DNA of 64,000 nucleotides from an uncultured Aliarcobacter sp. (GCA_963664305.2 CAXXLV010000002.1:1376001-1440000); one strand, 5' to 3'; shown: positions 49,931 to 61,131, counted from the stretch's first letter. Notes: generated by a model not told the origin, from the sequence alone. Numbers and translations are program-made.

Positions 49931-50503
49931 ATGATTTGCTTAACCTGTAAAAACCTATCATTTGAAATTATCTGCAAAGATTGTCAAAAAAATCTTTTAA
50001 TACCCTCTTTTCATAAAAGAGAAATTGAAGATGGCTTTTTTAATTACTCATTTTACTCTTTATCAGAACTTGAAGATTTAATCTCTTCAAAATACTATTT
50101 TCATGGAGATAGAGTTTATAATCTTTTAGCAAAACTATCTTTTGCCAAATTTGCTTTAAATTTCACTTTTTCAAACCAAGTTTTTGCAATTCCTATTGAT
50201 GACCATACAAGACATGATTTTTCTCATACTGCAATCTTAGCAAAACATCTAAAATCACAATTTATAACTCCTAAATACAACTCATTAAAAGCTACAAAAA
50301 TAATCAAATATGCAGGAAAAGATTTGGAATTTAGACAAAAAAATCCAAGAAAATTTAAAGTTACAAATATATCTAATCAAATGACAATTTTATGTGATGA
50401 TTTAATCACAACAGGTGCTACAATTAGAGAAGCAAAAAAGGCTCTAGAAAAAAGAAATAATCAGGTTTTATTTTCTTTAACCCTAGCTGATGCAAAACTT
50501 TAG
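49931..50503 (+). CDS. ComF-family phosphoribosyltransferase-like protein
   Basis: Start moved to MICLTC; CxxC...CxxC zinc finger; PRPP-binding LCDDLITTGAT. Confidence 0.85.
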   Translation: MICLTCKNLSFEIICKDCQKNLLIPSFHKREIEDGFFNYSFYSLSELEDLISSKYYFHGDRVYNLLAKLSFAKFALNFTFSNQVFAIPIDDHTRHDFSHTAILAKHLKSQFITPKYNSLKATKIIKYAGKDLEFRQKNPRKFKVTNISNQMTILCDDLITTGATIREAKKALEKRNNQVLFSLTLADAKL

Positions 50504-50533
50504 TATAATTTATTTTTTACAAAGGGAACTAAA

Positions 50534-51139
50534 GTGATAGGAATTATTGATTATAATATGGGAAATTTAGCAAGTGTTTATAACGCTTGTCATTTATTAG
50601 ATGCAAAAGCAACTATTGTTAAAAATCCTGAAGATTTAAAAAATTTTGATAGAGTTATATTACCAGGTGTTGGTGCATATGGTGATGCTATGGAGCATTT
50701 AATAAAAACAGGTATGAATCAAGCTGTTTATGAATTTGCAAAAAGTGGTAAACCAATGATTGGAATTTGTCTTGGAATGCAACTTTTATTTGAAAGTTCA
50801 CAAGAGTTTGGTCATACTGATGGTTTAGGCTTAATTGATGGTGTTGTAGTAAAATTTGATAAATCTAAAATGAGTGAAGATTTTAAAATTCCTCACATGG
50901 GTTGGAATACAATTGTAAATAAAGAGCACCCTTTATTTGAAGGACTTCATAATCCATATTTATATTTTGTTCATTCTTATCATGCAGTTACAAGAGAAGA
51001 AAATATAATTGGTAAAACAACATATGGATATGAATTTGCAAGTGCTGTAAATAAAGATAATATTTATGGTTTCCAACCACATCCAGAAAAATCTCACGAT
51101 AATGGATTAAAAATTTTAAAAAACTTTATGAATTTATAA
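50534..51139 (+). CDS. hisH: Imidazole glycerol phosphate synthase glutaminase subunit
   Basis: IDYNMGNL.SV, LPGVG, GICLGMQLL, PHMGWN, YFVHSY, QPHPEKS. Confidence 0.97.
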   Translation: MIGIIDYNMGNLASVYNACHLLDAKATIVKNPEDLKNFDRVILPGVGAYGDAMEHLIKTGMNQAVYEFAKSGKPMIGICLGMQLLFESSQEFGHTDGLGLIDGVVVKFDKSKMSEDFKIPHMGWNTIVNKEHPLFEGLHNPYLYFVHSYHAVTREENIIGKTTYGYEFASAVNKDNIYGFQPHPEKSHDNGLKILKNFMNL

Positions 51140-51159
51140 TAAATTAAAAAGGAGTTCTC

Positions 51160-52011
51160 ATGAAAACTATCGCAATAACAGGTGCTAGTGGTTTTGTAGG
51201 GACAAGTTTAACAAAATTTTTTTCTAATCTAGGATATAAAATAATTCCTTTATCAAGAGAGATTTTAAATAATAAAGATAAATTAGAAGAAATATTAAAC
51301 TCTTGCGACATTGTAATAAATTTAGCAGGAGCTAATATCATAAATAGATGGAGTGAATCATACAAAAAACTTCTTTATTCAAGTAGAATTGACACTACAT
51401 CTAAAATAATAAATGCAATCAATAATATTTCAAATAAACCAAAACTTTTAATTTCAACTTCTGCAGTTGGAATTTATGATAATAAAACAATACATAATGA
51501 AAATGGTACATTTTCAAATGACTTTTTATCAAACCTTTGTCAAGATTGGGAAAAAAAAGCTTTAGAAGCAAAAAATGATATAACAAAAGTTTCTATTTTT
51601 AGATTTGGTATAGTTTTAGGTAAAGATGGTGGAGCATTACAAAAAATGTTAACTCCATTTAAATTAGGACTTGGTGGAACAATAGGAAATGGAAATCAAG
51701 CATTTTCATTTATTCATATTGAAGATTTATTAAATGCTTATAAATTCGTTATAGAAAACTTACATGAAGGAATATTTAATTTAACTGCTCCAAATCCAAC
51801 AACAAATAAAGGTTTAACTCTTGCTTTAGGGAAAACACTAAAAAGACCTACTATACTTCCAGTACCAGAATTTGTTTTAAAACTAATTTTTAGTGAAGGT
51901 GCACGTGTTTTAACAGATGGACAAAGTGTAGTACCAAAAAAATTATTAGATTTAGGATTTGAATTTAAATTTAAAACAATAGAAGACTCTATAGAAAATT
52001 TATGTAATTAG
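51160..52011 (+). CDS. TIGR01777/YfcH-family NAD-dependent epimerase
   Basis: [46 protein letters not shown]. Confidence 0.9.
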   Translation: MKTIAITGASGFVGTSLTKFFSNLGYKIIPLSREILNNKDKLEEILNSCDIVINLAGANIINRWSESYKKLLYSSRIDTTSKIINAINNISNKPKLLISTSAVGIYDNKTIHNENGTFSNDFLSNLCQDWEKKALEAKNDITKVSIFRFGIVLGKDGGALQKMLTPFKLGLGGTIGNGNQAFSFIHIEDLLNAYKFVIENLHEGIFNLTAPNPTTNKGLTLALGKTLKRPTILPVPEFVLKLIFSEGARVLTDGQSVVPKKLLDLGFEFKFKTIEDSIENLCN

Positions 52012-52022
52012 AAGGATTATTG

Positions 52023-52730
52023 ATGGATATATTACCAGCGATTGATTTAAAAGATGGAAAAGCTGTAAGATTAAGCAAAGGTTTGATGGATAGTGCAAAA
52101 ATCTATTCTGATGAACCTTGGCAAGTAGCAAAAAGATTTGAAGAATTAGGTTCAAAATGGGTACATATCGTTGACCTTAATGGTGCATTTGCAGGAAAAC
52201 CAGCAAATTTAGAACAAATCAAAAAAATTAGAGAAAACTGTAATCTAAAAATCGAGCTTGGTGGTGGTATAAGAGATGAAGAAACTATCAAAATGTATAT
52301 TGAACTTGGAGTTGATAGATTAATCTTAGGTTCAATCGCTGTTAAAGACCCTCAATTTGTAAAAGATATGGCTTCAAAATATCCAATCGCTGTTGGTATT
52401 GATGCAATGAATGGAATGGTTGCAGTAGAAGGTTGGGCAGAAGTATCAACTATGAAAGCAACAGATTTGGCAAAAGAGTTTGCAAATGCTGGAGTTCAAG
52501 CAATTATTTGTACTGATATTTCAAAAGATGGTATGCTTTGTGGAGTAAATGTTGAATTCACTGAATCAATAGCTCTTGCAAGTGATGTTGATACAATTGC
52601 AAGTGGTGGAGTAAAAGATATCCAAGATATCGTAAATTGTAAAAACAATGGAAATATTTCAGGTGTTATCGTTGGAAAAGCATTTTATGAAGGAACTCTT
52701 GATTTAGAAGAAGCTTTTAAAATTTTATAA
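52023..52730 (+). CDS. hisA: Phosphoribosylformimino-5-aminoimidazole carboxamide ribotide isomerase
   Basis: [50 protein letters not shown]. Confidence 0.97.
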   Translation: MDILPAIDLKDGKAVRLSKGLMDSAKIYSDEPWQVAKRFEELGSKWVHIVDLNGAFAGKPANLEQIKKIRENCNLKIELGGGIRDEETIKMYIELGVDRLILGSIAVKDPQFVKDMASKYPIAVGIDAMNGMVAVEGWAEVSTMKATDLAKEFANAGVQAIICTDISKDGMLCGVNVEFTESIALASDVDTIASGGVKDIQDIVNCKNNGNISGVIVGKAFYEGTLDLEEAFKIL

Positions 52731-52812
52731 TTTATTTAGTAACAAATAAGAAATAATTTAATAAAAATAATGTTATTCTATGCAACAAAAATGATTCCAT
52801 AAAGGTTGAATA

Positions 52813-54669
52813 ATGAACTCTAATAAAAAAATAACTATTATAATCTTTACAATGGTTACACTACTTACCATTGTCATTGTTGCATTAGTTGCATTAGGTT
52901 CAAGACAAAGTGGATATGACAGTGCTAAAAAAAGAGCTTATTTAACTGCTGATATAGTAAAAAAATCATTAACTTCTCACATGGTTAATGGAAATATGGA
53001 TCAAAGAGAAACTTTTTTAAATGGAATAAACCAATTAAATGAAGTTAATGATTTATGGATAATTAGAGCAAAAAGTGTAAGTAATCAATTTGGAAAATCA
53101 AAACTTACAAATGAAATTCCAAGAGATGATATTGATAGAGATGTACTTGAAACAGGAAAAGAAAAAGTTGTAATTGATGAATCTTTAACAAATGCAACTT
53201 TAAGAATTACTATTCCGTATACGGCATCTTCACTTGATAAACCAAACTGTTTATCTTGTCACAATGCAAAAGAAGGAGAAGTTTTAGGAGCTATCTCTTT
53301 AACTTTTGATATACAAGAAGATAGAATCTCTAGTATTGCTGTTTTATTAAATATTATTGTAATTATCTCTTTATTCTTAATCTTCATTCTAATTTATATT
53401 AGTAGAAAAATCAAACCTTATACTACATCGTTTGACTCAATTACTGAAGTATTAAAACAAGTTCATGAAGGTGATTATAGTGTTAGAGCAAAAGCTGGAG
53501 TTTTAAAAGAAGATAAAGAAGCATCAGCTTGGCTAAATGAATTAATAGAAAAGTTAGAAACGGTTTTAACTGGAATTGAAAAAAATCTTACTGCTTTTGT
53601 ACATAATAGATCAATAAATCTAAATAATGATAAATTATTAACTGCAAAAGAGATAATTGAAGATATTTCAGAAATTTATAATTATAAAAAAACTATCGAA
53701 ACAGATTTAACAAAAGATGATATTTACTATAGATTAATTCAAGTTTTAAAAGATAAACTAAAAATACAAGACTTTTTCATCTTTGAAACAGACTTAATAA
53801 AAGATGAAAGAAAAATTATCTTTGCAACAAAAGATACTACACCTTGTTGTAACTTATCAAATAATATAAAAGAGAGATGTAGAGCTGAAAGAACAGATAC
53901 AATCGTTTCATCAGAAAATTTCCCAGAAATTTGTAGACTTGCAACTTGTAAAAATGATACAAAACATATTTGTATTCCATTTTTAATCAATGATCAAAAA
54001 AATGTAATTATTCATATAATTTGTAAAGACCAAGAGTGTTTAAAACATGTTAAATATCAAATAGGAATTATCAAAAAATATTTAGAAGAGACTAAACCTA
54101 TTTTAGAAAGTAAACTGTTAATGGATATGCTAAGAGAAAGAAATTTAGTGGATGGATTAACAGGACTTTATAATAGAAAATATTTAGATGATTTTATTGA
54201 TAGAAAACTTCCTTTTGAATTAAGAGAAGGTACAACATTTGCCATTATGTTCTTAGATATTGATTATTTCAAAATGATAAATGATACGTATGGGCATGAT
54301 GCAGGAGATACTATTTTACAAAAACTATCTCAAACAATGAAAGATGCAGTAAGTGAAAATGAATTTATCATTCGATTTGGTGGTGAAGAGTTTTTAATTA
54401 TTATGAAAAATCCAACGGAAGAGAGTGCTTTAGAATTAGCAAATAAAATAAATCAAGATTTCTCTAAATTGATTTTTACATTCAATAATGAATCATTTAG
54501 CAAAACTGTAAGTATTGGTTATGCATTCTTCCCAACAGATACAGACCAAATCTGGAAATGTATTAAATTTGCAGATTTATCTTTATATGAAGCAAAAGAT
54601 ACTGGAAGAAATAAAGTTGTAAGATTTAAAAGAGAACTACTAAAAAACAAAGATACAAGTAGTTATTAA
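52813..54669 (+). CDS. Membrane-bound diguanylate cyclase with extracytoplasmic CxxCH (heme c) sensor domain
   Basis: TM - CLSCH - TM, HAMP-like segment, Cys-rich GAF-like region, DGLTGLYNR, DIDYFK.IND.YGH..GD, RFGGEEF. Confidence 0.88.
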   Translation: MNSNKKITIIIFTMVTLLTIVIVALVALGSRQSGYDSAKKRAYLTADIVKKSLTSHMVNGNMDQRETFLNGINQLNEVNDLWIIRAKSVSNQFGKSKLTNEIPRDDIDRDVLETGKEKVVIDESLTNATLRITIPYTASSLDKPNCLSCHNAKEGEVLGAISLTFDIQEDRISSIAVLLNIIVIISLFLIFILIYISRKIKPYTTSFDSITEVLKQVHEGDYSVRAKAGVLKEDKEASAWLNELIEKLETVLTGIEKNLTAFVHNRSINLNNDKLLTAKEIIEDISEIYNYKKTIETDLTKDDIYYRLIQVLKDKLKIQDFFIFETDLIKDERKIIFATKDTTPCCNLSNNIKERCRAERTDTIVSSENFPEICRLATCKNDTKHICIPFLINDQKNVIIHIICKDQECLKHVKYQIGIIKKYLEETKPILESKLLMDMLRERNLVDGLTGLYNRKYLDDFIDRKLPFELREGTTFAIMFLDIDYFKMINDTYGHDAGDTILQKLSQTMKDAVSENEFIIRFGGEEFLIIMKNPTEESALELANKINQDFSKLIFTFNNESFSKTVSIGYAFFPTDTDQIWKCIKFADLSLYEAKDTGRNKVVRFKRELLKNKDTSSY

Positions 54670-54677
54670 AAGAGATA

Positions 54678-56003
54678 TTAAAATAATATCTCTTGCGATA
54701 TAAACCACCTTTTTAAAGAATTATATGTTTGCATTGAAAGTTCTTTTTCTTTACAAAAAACATCAAAATATTCCAAAGATTTCTCGAATTGATTTTCCAA
54801 ACAATATTTAGCTAAATCAACTATTTCTATATTCCCAAAACACCAAACACCTAAAGGATTATCTTTAGTTACTACAACTTCATTTGCTTGTATAAAAGCA
54901 TTTGTAACAACAGCTTTTTCTTCTATTTTTGGTAAATTTTTATCTTCTTTATTTTTTTCTTCTGGCCAAGATTGTCTTTTTTGCCAAAATTCACTATCAA
55001 ATCTTTTTTCTAATAAATAAAACTCTTTTCCAACTTTTGTAAATTTATCAAATATAAACTCTACCCTACTTTTATAAAAATCAATTGCAACTTTTTGTTC
55101 AGCTTCACCTTTATTTAAAATTGTATTTATTACATAAGGTGCAATACTTGACATACTCATAGCTTGAAATGCACCATTTCCTGAAAGAGGGTCAACACTT
55201 GAAGCACTATCGCCTATTAACATCATTTTACTATTTATTATCTCTTTATGAATTTTACAAAATGAATCTCTTTTAACTAATTTTCCAACTGCTTTGAATT
55301 TATTTAAACTCCATAATTTTATATCTTGTGTTTCTAAAACTTTTAGTAAATCACTAAAATCATTTATTTTATTTGCCAGTTCTTCATCACAAGAAAATTG
55401 GATATAACCTTTTTTATCTCCCACATAAGCTTGCCAAATCCAACCATCTTTAACTGAATCAATAGAAGTTTTATTTTCTTTCATGTTTTCTAATTCTAAC
55501 TCTTGTAATATAGAAAAACTTTTTGGTCCACATATATATTCATCTTTATAAGGGGTAAATCTTCCTCTTGCATCAACTATAAAATCAGCACTTATTTCAA
55601 ATTTTTCTTCATCTATTTTATAAACAATTTTTGGTTTTTCATCTAAATAATCAATAGAACCTATTACTTTAGCTTCAATTATTTTTATATTTTTTTGTTT
55701 TAAATCAGTTAGTAATTTTTCATCTAATTTAGCTCTATTTACAACATATTCATAATTTACTTTATTAGCTTTACTTGCCCAATTTGAATTTCTTAAGGAT
55801 TGTTTTTCTAAAAGTTCCGAAGCATTTATACAACCTTGTGAAACAAGTCCCTCTTTTGTTTTTTCACTAAAACCTTCATAAGCTGTAAATGGTCTTTTTT
55901 TATATATTACTGTTACATCAAATCCTAATTTTTTAAGTCCAATAGCTGTAGAAGTACCTGCAATTCCTGCACCTAAAATCAATATTTTTTTATTTTGGTT
56001 CAT
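54678..56003 (-). CDS. qhpG: FAD-dependent monooxygenase for CTQ biogenesis
   Basis: ILGAGIAG, VDARGR, GW.W, GDSASSVDPLSGNG.FQA; last gene of the qhp operon. Confidence 0.85.
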   Translation of the reverse strand: MNQNKKILILGAGIAGTSTAIGLKKLGFDVTVIYKKRPFTAYEGFSEKTKEGLVSQGCINASELLEKQSLRNSNWASKANKVNYEYVVNRAKLDEKLLTDLKQKNIKIIEAKVIGSIDYLDEKPKIVYKIDEEKFEISADFIVDARGRFTPYKDEYICGPKSFSILQELELENMKENKTSIDSVKDGWIWQAYVGDKKGYIQFSCDEELANKINDFSDLLKVLETQDIKLWSLNKFKAVGKLVKRDSFCKIHKEIINSKMMLIGDSASSVDPLSGNGAFQAMSMSSIAPYVINTILNKGEAEQKVAIDFYKSRVEFIFDKFTKVGKEFYLLEKRFDSEFWQKRQSWPEEKNKEDKNLPKIEEKAVVTNAFIQANEVVVTKDNPLGVWCFGNIEIVDLAKYCLENQFEKSLEYFDVFCKEKELSMQTYNSLKRWFISQEILF

Positions 56004-56628
56004 TTACAATCCTTTTTGAAAACTCTTCTAAAATTTCCTCTTTTTTTAAACCTTTTTTTAAATAAAAACAAAACTCTTTTGTAAACTTTGCAACTGCAAC
56101 ACTTGAACCTGCTACATTTTTTACACTTGAAAAAGGGTTTGCTCCAAAAAATAGTTTTTCTTTTTCTAATACGACAACTTTGTCATCTTTACACATTCCT
56201 TCTGATGTTACTTTTATAACACCACTATAAGATGCTGGATAAACTAAATCTTCTCCTCGTCTTGGAAATGAAGAAACTATAACTACACCTTTTTTTATAA
56301 ATTCATTGATTAACTCTTCTATTTCTTTATAGTTAGTTTTTAAACCTAAACTCATACTAATCACATCAACTTTTTTATCTTTTAAATAATTCAATGCTCC
56401 AAAAATATGATTTGGTGTAGTTGATAAATTTTTATCAAAAACTTGAATATCATAGATATTTATATTTTCATCTCTTATGATATTTCCTATAACATTTCCA
56501 TGCTCAAAGTTTATATCTTTTTGTTTTTCTATTTTTATCTCATTATTCTCTACATCAATAGCAATTTTTTCATAAGTTTCAAAACTACATCCACTATCAA
56601 TAAGTGCAACATAAATCTCTTTAGACAT
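55990..56628 (-). CDS. qhpE: Subtilisin-like serine protease (QhpC leader peptidase)
   Basis: Catalytic triad motifs IDSG, HGN, GSSVA; YPASY; no signal peptide; qhp context. Confidence 0.85.
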   Translation of the reverse strand: MSKEIYVALIDSGCSFETYEKIAIDVENNEIKIEKQKDINFEHGNVIGNIIRDENINIYDIQVFDKNLSTTPNHIFGALNYLKDKKVDVISMSLGLKTNYKEIEELINEFIKKGVVIVSSFPRRGEDLVYPASYSGVIKVTSEGMCKDDKVVVLEKEKLFFGANPFSSVKNVAGSSVAVAKFTKEFCFYLKKGLKKEEILEEFSKRIVNEPK

Positions 56629-58258
56629 TTTTATACTCTTTTAAATTTTTATCTTCAAGCAGATAAACCTCATCAAAATTATTTAACATATTTAGATGAT
56701 GAGTTATTGCAATAATAGTTGAATCAGGAAAAATTCTTGAAATATTTTCATAAAACCAAAGTGTGTCTTTTTCATCAATAGAAGAGGTAAATTCATCTAA
56801 AACTATAATTTTTGGATTTAATAAAATTATTCTTGAAAGAGCTAGTCTTTGTTTTTGACCACCAGAAAGATTTGCACCTGATTCAAAAATATTTGTATCT
56901 AATCCATTTTCAAGAGAATTGTACCAATCTAACATACCAGTTTTTTTCAAAGAATTTATTAGTTCTTCGTCACTTGCTTTATCATTTGCTAAAAGAAGAT
57001 TTCCTCTTAAACTATCATCAAATATAATTGGAGTTTGTTCAAGTTTTACTAAATATTTTGAAAAATTTATAAAATCCTTTGTTCCTATCTCTTCATTTCC
57101 AATAAATATATTTCCATCTTGAGCTTTTAAAAAACCACAAAGTAAATCTCCAAATGTACTTTTTCCTGCACCATTTTTTCCAATAATTGCAATTTTACTT
57201 TTCTCTTTTATATGAAGATTCAAATTTTCAAATATTTTATTATTTGCATAAGAAAAATCTAAATCTTTTACTACTATCTCAAAATTTGAACTTTTAAAAG
57301 TTTCAACTTTTTCATCTTTTGGCAATATTTCTAAAACTCTATTTAGGCTAACTTTCATTTTTGGAAGATTATTTACAACTCCTAAGATTGTATGAACTGG
57401 TGCTAATAGCATTGTAAAGTATGTCAAAAATGCAACTAATTCACCAACTTTCAATTCACCTTTTATTGTCAAATATCCACCATATGATATGATTATTGTT
57501 TTTCCAAGAAGTGAAATAAATGCAGGGATTTGTGAAAAGATTAGATTTATTTTTTTATTTTTAATTACAACTTTTTTATAATCATCTTGAATAAAATCCA
57601 GCTTTTCTAAAGTTTGTTCTTTTGCTCCAAGATTTTTTAGAACTAATAAATATCTAAAACTCTCAATAAAAAATTTTCCTATATTTGAAGTTGATTCTCT
57701 CATAGTTTTTGTACTATTGTGCATATGAGGATAAAGTGGTTTTAAACAAAAAAACTCTATTGGTAAAAATATAAGTATAAGTATCATTAGTTTTATATTA
57801 TATGTATAAATAATAGTTGAAATAAATACAAGACTAATGATAGTTGAAAATAGAGAAAAAACTGTATCTGTATAGAATCTTTGAAGTTCACTTATGTCAC
57901 CTTGAAGTCTTGACATCAAATCAGCAGAGTGATATTTATTTAGAAAAGTTTTATCATGTAAAAACAATTTATTAAAAACAATTTTTCTAAATTCAAATAA
58001 TATATTCATAGAGTTTTTTGTGTAATAAATTTCATTTATTGCACTAATTATCATAGTAAATATAGTTAAGAAAAAAGTAATAGCAACTAAAATATATAGT
58101 TGATTTAGGTTTGAAGCTAAGATTGCATCATCAATAATATGTTGCATAATAAATGGTTGAATTGCACCACTTATTGATATAAAGATTGAAAAAAAGAAAA
58201 TGATAAAAAATCCTCTCTTATTTTTACGTAAGAGAGGATATATAATACTTTTAAACAT
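56621..58258 (-). CDS. qhpF: ABC exporter (permease plus ATPase) for the gamma subunit
   Basis: N-terminal TM domain; GKNGAGKS, LSGGQKQR, LDEFTSSID, ITH; qhp context. Confidence 0.85.
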   Translation of the reverse strand: MFKSIIYPLLRKNKRGFFIIFFFSIFISISGAIQPFIMQHIIDDAILASNLNQLYILVAITFFLTIFTMIISAINEIYYTKNSMNILFEFRKIVFNKLFLHDKTFLNKYHSADLMSRLQGDISELQRFYTDTVFSLFSTIISLVFISTIIYTYNIKLMILILIFLPIEFFCLKPLYPHMHNSTKTMRESTSNIGKFFIESFRYLLVLKNLGAKEQTLEKLDFIQDDYKKVVIKNKKINLIFSQIPAFISLLGKTIIISYGGYLTIKGELKVGELVAFLTYFTMLLAPVHTILGVVNNLPKMKVSLNRVLEILPKDEKVETFKSSNFEIVVKDLDFSYANNKIFENLNLHIKEKSKIAIIGKNGAGKSTFGDLLCGFLKAQDGNIFIGNEEIGTKDFINFSKYLVKLEQTPIIFDDSLRGNLLLANDKASDEELINSLKKTGMLDWYNSLENGLDTNIFESGANLSGGQKQRLALSRIILLNPKIIVLDEFTSSIDEKDTLWFYENISRIFPDSTIIAITHHLNMLNNFDEVYLLEDKNLKEYKNV

Positions 58259-58264
58259 ATTTAC

Positions 58265-59398
58265 CTATTTTGTTTTAAATACTTGAAGTGCAGCAGAACC
58301 CATATCTCCAGATAATTGAATTTTTCCAATTTTTTCTAAAGTATTTGCATCATAAACTGCAATGTCATCTAAACAACTTCCAAGATATAGTTTTTCACCA
58401 TCCATTGATGGAACAACACTATAATATGTATGGTCTGTAACAACTCTTTTTAACACTTTTTGTTCTTTTAAATCAAATTTTGTTAAGTCATTTAAAACCC
58501 CATATAAGATATTTGAATCTTTTGGACTTCTAATAGCTGTAAACATTAAAGTCTCATATTCTGAAATATTTTGTTGGATTATTTCCCCTGTATTTAAATC
58601 AACACTTGTAATTCCCCAATACCAAGTTCCAGCATCTTCAGATGGATTTTTTGGGTCATCATATTTTATAGTTGCATATAATGCTGTTAAATCTCCTGTT
58701 TGTTGTCCTATTATATAGTTTGCAGCAGAGTCTAAATCACTATAACCTTCTTTCCCCCATTTAACTATTTTTTTAGCAACTTTTATATCTCCAGTAGTTG
58801 GATTTACTTCATATAAATCTGTTCCAACTACATATACTTTACCATCTTTGCCAGTTGAAACAACAGTTGTTTGTCTTGGCATTTCAAAGCTTTTAACAGG
58901 TTTTGCATCTAATCCATCAGCTACATTATAAACTGAGAAATGTGGAGGTAAAACTTTATATCTGTCATTTAACATCTCTGTTCTATTATAGATTGCATAA
59001 ACTTTTGTTCCATCCTCATTTACAGCTAATCCAAATAAAGATTTTGCTCTAATATTTCCTTGTGTTAAAGAAGTATGAAATACTTTTTTACAAGTCTCTA
59101 TTTCATAACCAGCAATTTCTTCACCATAACCACCTAAGATATAAGCAACTTTATAATCAGGAGATAAAACAATTCCCCCAGGAGAAAATGTTTCATCAGT
59201 TTTACACTCATTGATAACTTTATTTGTCTCTAAATCAGCCAAAACTATATTATTTGGTCTTGTTTCTGTAACTAGATAATTATGATTTGATTCTAATTTA
59301 ACGTTTGCAGCATTTAAATTTGTACTAAATCCTGAAGATAAAACTACTGATAAACTCAATAATCCTAAACCTTTTTTTATAATTTCTTTATTTAACAT
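58265..59398 (-). CDS. qhpB: Quinohemoprotein amine dehydrogenase beta subunit
   Basis: Signal peptide, RPNN, beta-propeller repeats, PRQ, HTYY, GDMG. Confidence 0.9.
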   Translation of the reverse strand: MLNKEIIKKGLGLLSLSVVLSSGFSTNLNAANVKLESNHNYLVTETRPNNIVLADLETNKVINECKTDETFSPGGIVLSPDYKVAYILGGYGEEIAGYEIETCKKVFHTSLTQGNIRAKSLFGLAVNEDGTKVYAIYNRTEMLNDRYKVLPPHFSVYNVADGLDAKPVKSFEMPRQTTVVSTGKDGKVYVVGTDLYEVNPTTGDIKVAKKIVKWGKEGYSDLDSAANYIIGQQTGDLTALYATIKYDDPKNPSEDAGTWYWGITSVDLNTGEIIQQNISEYETLMFTAIRSPKDSNILYGVLNDLTKFDLKEQKVLKRVVTDHTYYSVVPSMDGEKLYLGSCLDDIAVYDANTLEKIGKIQLSGDMGSAALQVFKTK

Positions 59399-59414
59399 AT
59401 TTCTAACCTTCTAC

Positions 59415-59735
59415 TTATAATTTTGGATAAACGTGGTCTAATTCTCGCCAGTCATCTTTACTTTGAGGTGCTTTATCTGCCCAATGTTTATAACTTGATG
59501 ATGTATCTGGAACTTGTGTTGGCCACCAACAAGGATCAGAACATCCATATAAATCTGCTTCTAGTGGTTGACATAAACTTGCAATTCCACCATCACTATC
59601 AACTTCCCATCCTGGGTCAAATGTTGTTACACATCCAACAACACTAGACATTGCAACAACTTCGTTCGCATTTCCCTCTTTTATAGCTTCATCTAAAAGT
59701 TTAGCTTTTGGAGTAATTGGTTTTAAATGTTTCAT
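59415..59735 (-). CDS. qhpC: Quinohemoprotein amine dehydrogenase gamma subunit (CTQ precursor peptide)
   Basis: 28-aa leader MKHLK...EVVA, then GC...DPGWEVD...LCQP.EADLYGCSDPCWWP.QVPD. Confidence 0.97.
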   Translation of the reverse strand: MKHLKPITPKAKLLDEAIKEGNANEVVAMSSVVGCVTTFDPGWEVDSDGGIASLCQPLEADLYGCSDPCWWPTQVPDTSSSYKHWADKAPQSKDDWRELDHVYPKL

Positions 59736-59748
59736 TTCTTTTATTCCC

Positions 59749-61122
59749 CTATTTAAAATATTTTGTAAAAAATTCTGGATTTTCAGCTTTGATTCTTATA
59801 TATGCTTCTACAGCAAAATCAATCCAGCTTCTCATATCATCACAATAATGTAATACTGATTTTTCAGGTGTTCCATATTTGATATAACTTTCGTGGTAAC
59901 AACCACCTGCACATAAATTTCTAATTCTACAAGTTTGACAATTTGTATCTTTTTCATTGGCTCTTTTTTCTAAAAAAGTTCCTAATGCTTTTTTATCAAG
60001 ACCATTTGTGATATTTCCAAATGATGGATAATCTGAACCTGTAAATCTATGACATAAATCTATATCACCTTTATATGAAACTGAAAGTAATCCAACTCCA
60101 GCTCCACAAGGAAGTTTTTTCTTTCTTCCTTCATGTATATCAATCACTGTTCTATGAAGATTTGAAAAACCATTAAAATTACCTTTAATTGCTTCATTTA
60201 TATAATCTTCGCCAAGTTCTCTAAATCCAGAAAATACTTTTTTCAAATCATTATCACTTAGATTAAAAAAATCATTATCCCCTGAAGTAACAGGAGCGAA
60301 CCCTACTTCTTTGAAGTTTAAATCATATCTTAGGTGATTCCAAATTGTTTTAATATCAGTTATTCCTCTTGTTAGCGTAACTCTAGCACCTACTGTTCTG
60401 TTTTTATAAATATCCAATAGTTTTGCTACATTTTTAGCTACTTTTTCATAACTTCCTTTACCATTTTCATAAACTCTTGTTTTATTATGAAGTGATTCTG
60501 GTCCATCAATACTAATAGTTAAATCCACTTTACTATCATGAAGATAATGAATAATATCTTCAGTTAAAAGTGTTGCATTTGAAGTCATCGAATAACCAAT
60601 TTTCAAATCTTTACTTCCAAAAAATTCATTTGCATAAGCAATAATCTCTTTGATTAAAGGAAGATTTGAAAGAGGTTCTCCACCAAAAAAAGTAATCGAA
60701 TACTCTTTTAAATGTGGTGATTCTTTATAAAACATATCAATAGCATTTTTTGCAATTTCAAAAGTCATTTGACCACTGTTTTTTAAAGATGTTAAATCCT
60801 CTTTATAACAATATGTACAACTAAGATTACATCCAGAAGTTACATTTAAAACAAGTGCCTTTGCAGGAAAATGTTCTATTTTTGTATCTTCTTCTTTTAC
60901 AAAAAATCTACTACCAACAATATTTAACTCTTTAAACTCTTCAACTATTTCCTCTTCTTCTTTGTTTATCTCTTCTTTGTTTTCCATCTTTCTTAAAAGA
61001 TTTGCACTCTCTGCTGATAACTCAAAAACAGATGAAGTTGGAATATGAAATAAGAACTCTTTTGAATCTACATTTAAAATATGATAATTCGTTTTTATTA
61101 AATTATAATTATTAATACTCAT
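59749..61122 (-). CDS. qhpD: Radical SAM/SPASM thioether-forming maturase
   Basis: CNLSCTYC, FFGGEPL, SIDGP, CGAG, CHRF, C..C..RNLCAGGCYHE...C. Confidence 0.95.
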   Translation of the reverse strand: MSINNYNLIKTNYHILNVDSKEFLFHIPTSSVFELSAESANLLRKMENKEEINKEEEEIVEEFKELNIVGSRFFVKEEDTKIEHFPAKALVLNVTSGCNLSCTYCYKEDLTSLKNSGQMTFEIAKNAIDMFYKESPHLKEYSITFFGGEPLSNLPLIKEIIAYANEFFGSKDLKIGYSMTSNATLLTEDIIHYLHDSKVDLTISIDGPESLHNKTRVYENGKGSYEKVAKNVAKLLDIYKNRTVGARVTLTRGITDIKTIWNHLRYDLNFKEVGFAPVTSGDNDFFNLSDNDLKKVFSGFRELGEDYINEAIKGNFNGFSNLHRTVIDIHEGRKKKLPCGAGVGLLSVSYKGDIDLCHRFTGSDYPSFGNITNGLDKKALGTFLEKRANEKDTNCQTCRIRNLCAGGCYHESYIKYGTPEKSVLHYCDDMRSWIDFAVEAYIRIKAENPEFFTKYFK

Positions 61123-61131
61123 GATAAATTC

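Noticed and set aside
1360..59647. Short antisense or nested ORFs (e.g. 1360, 2466, 3477, 3579, 7643, 10004, 10296, 11874, 14593, 20255, 20693, 23232, 28839, 29325, 33075, 34288, 35048, 38694, 40339, 44565, 45395, 45409, 45743, 51144, 52103, 53739, 56443, 56812, 56919, 59423)
   Set aside because: All overlap well-supported genes on the opposite strand or in another frame and show no recognisable motifs; they are shadow ORFs.
59415..61122. Radical SAM + Cys-rich peptide + protease + ABC exporter as a novel bacteriocin (sactipeptide/ranthipeptide) cluster
   Set aside because: The peptide is clearly QhpC and is flanked by the alpha and beta subunits; this is the known enzyme-cofactor maturation system.
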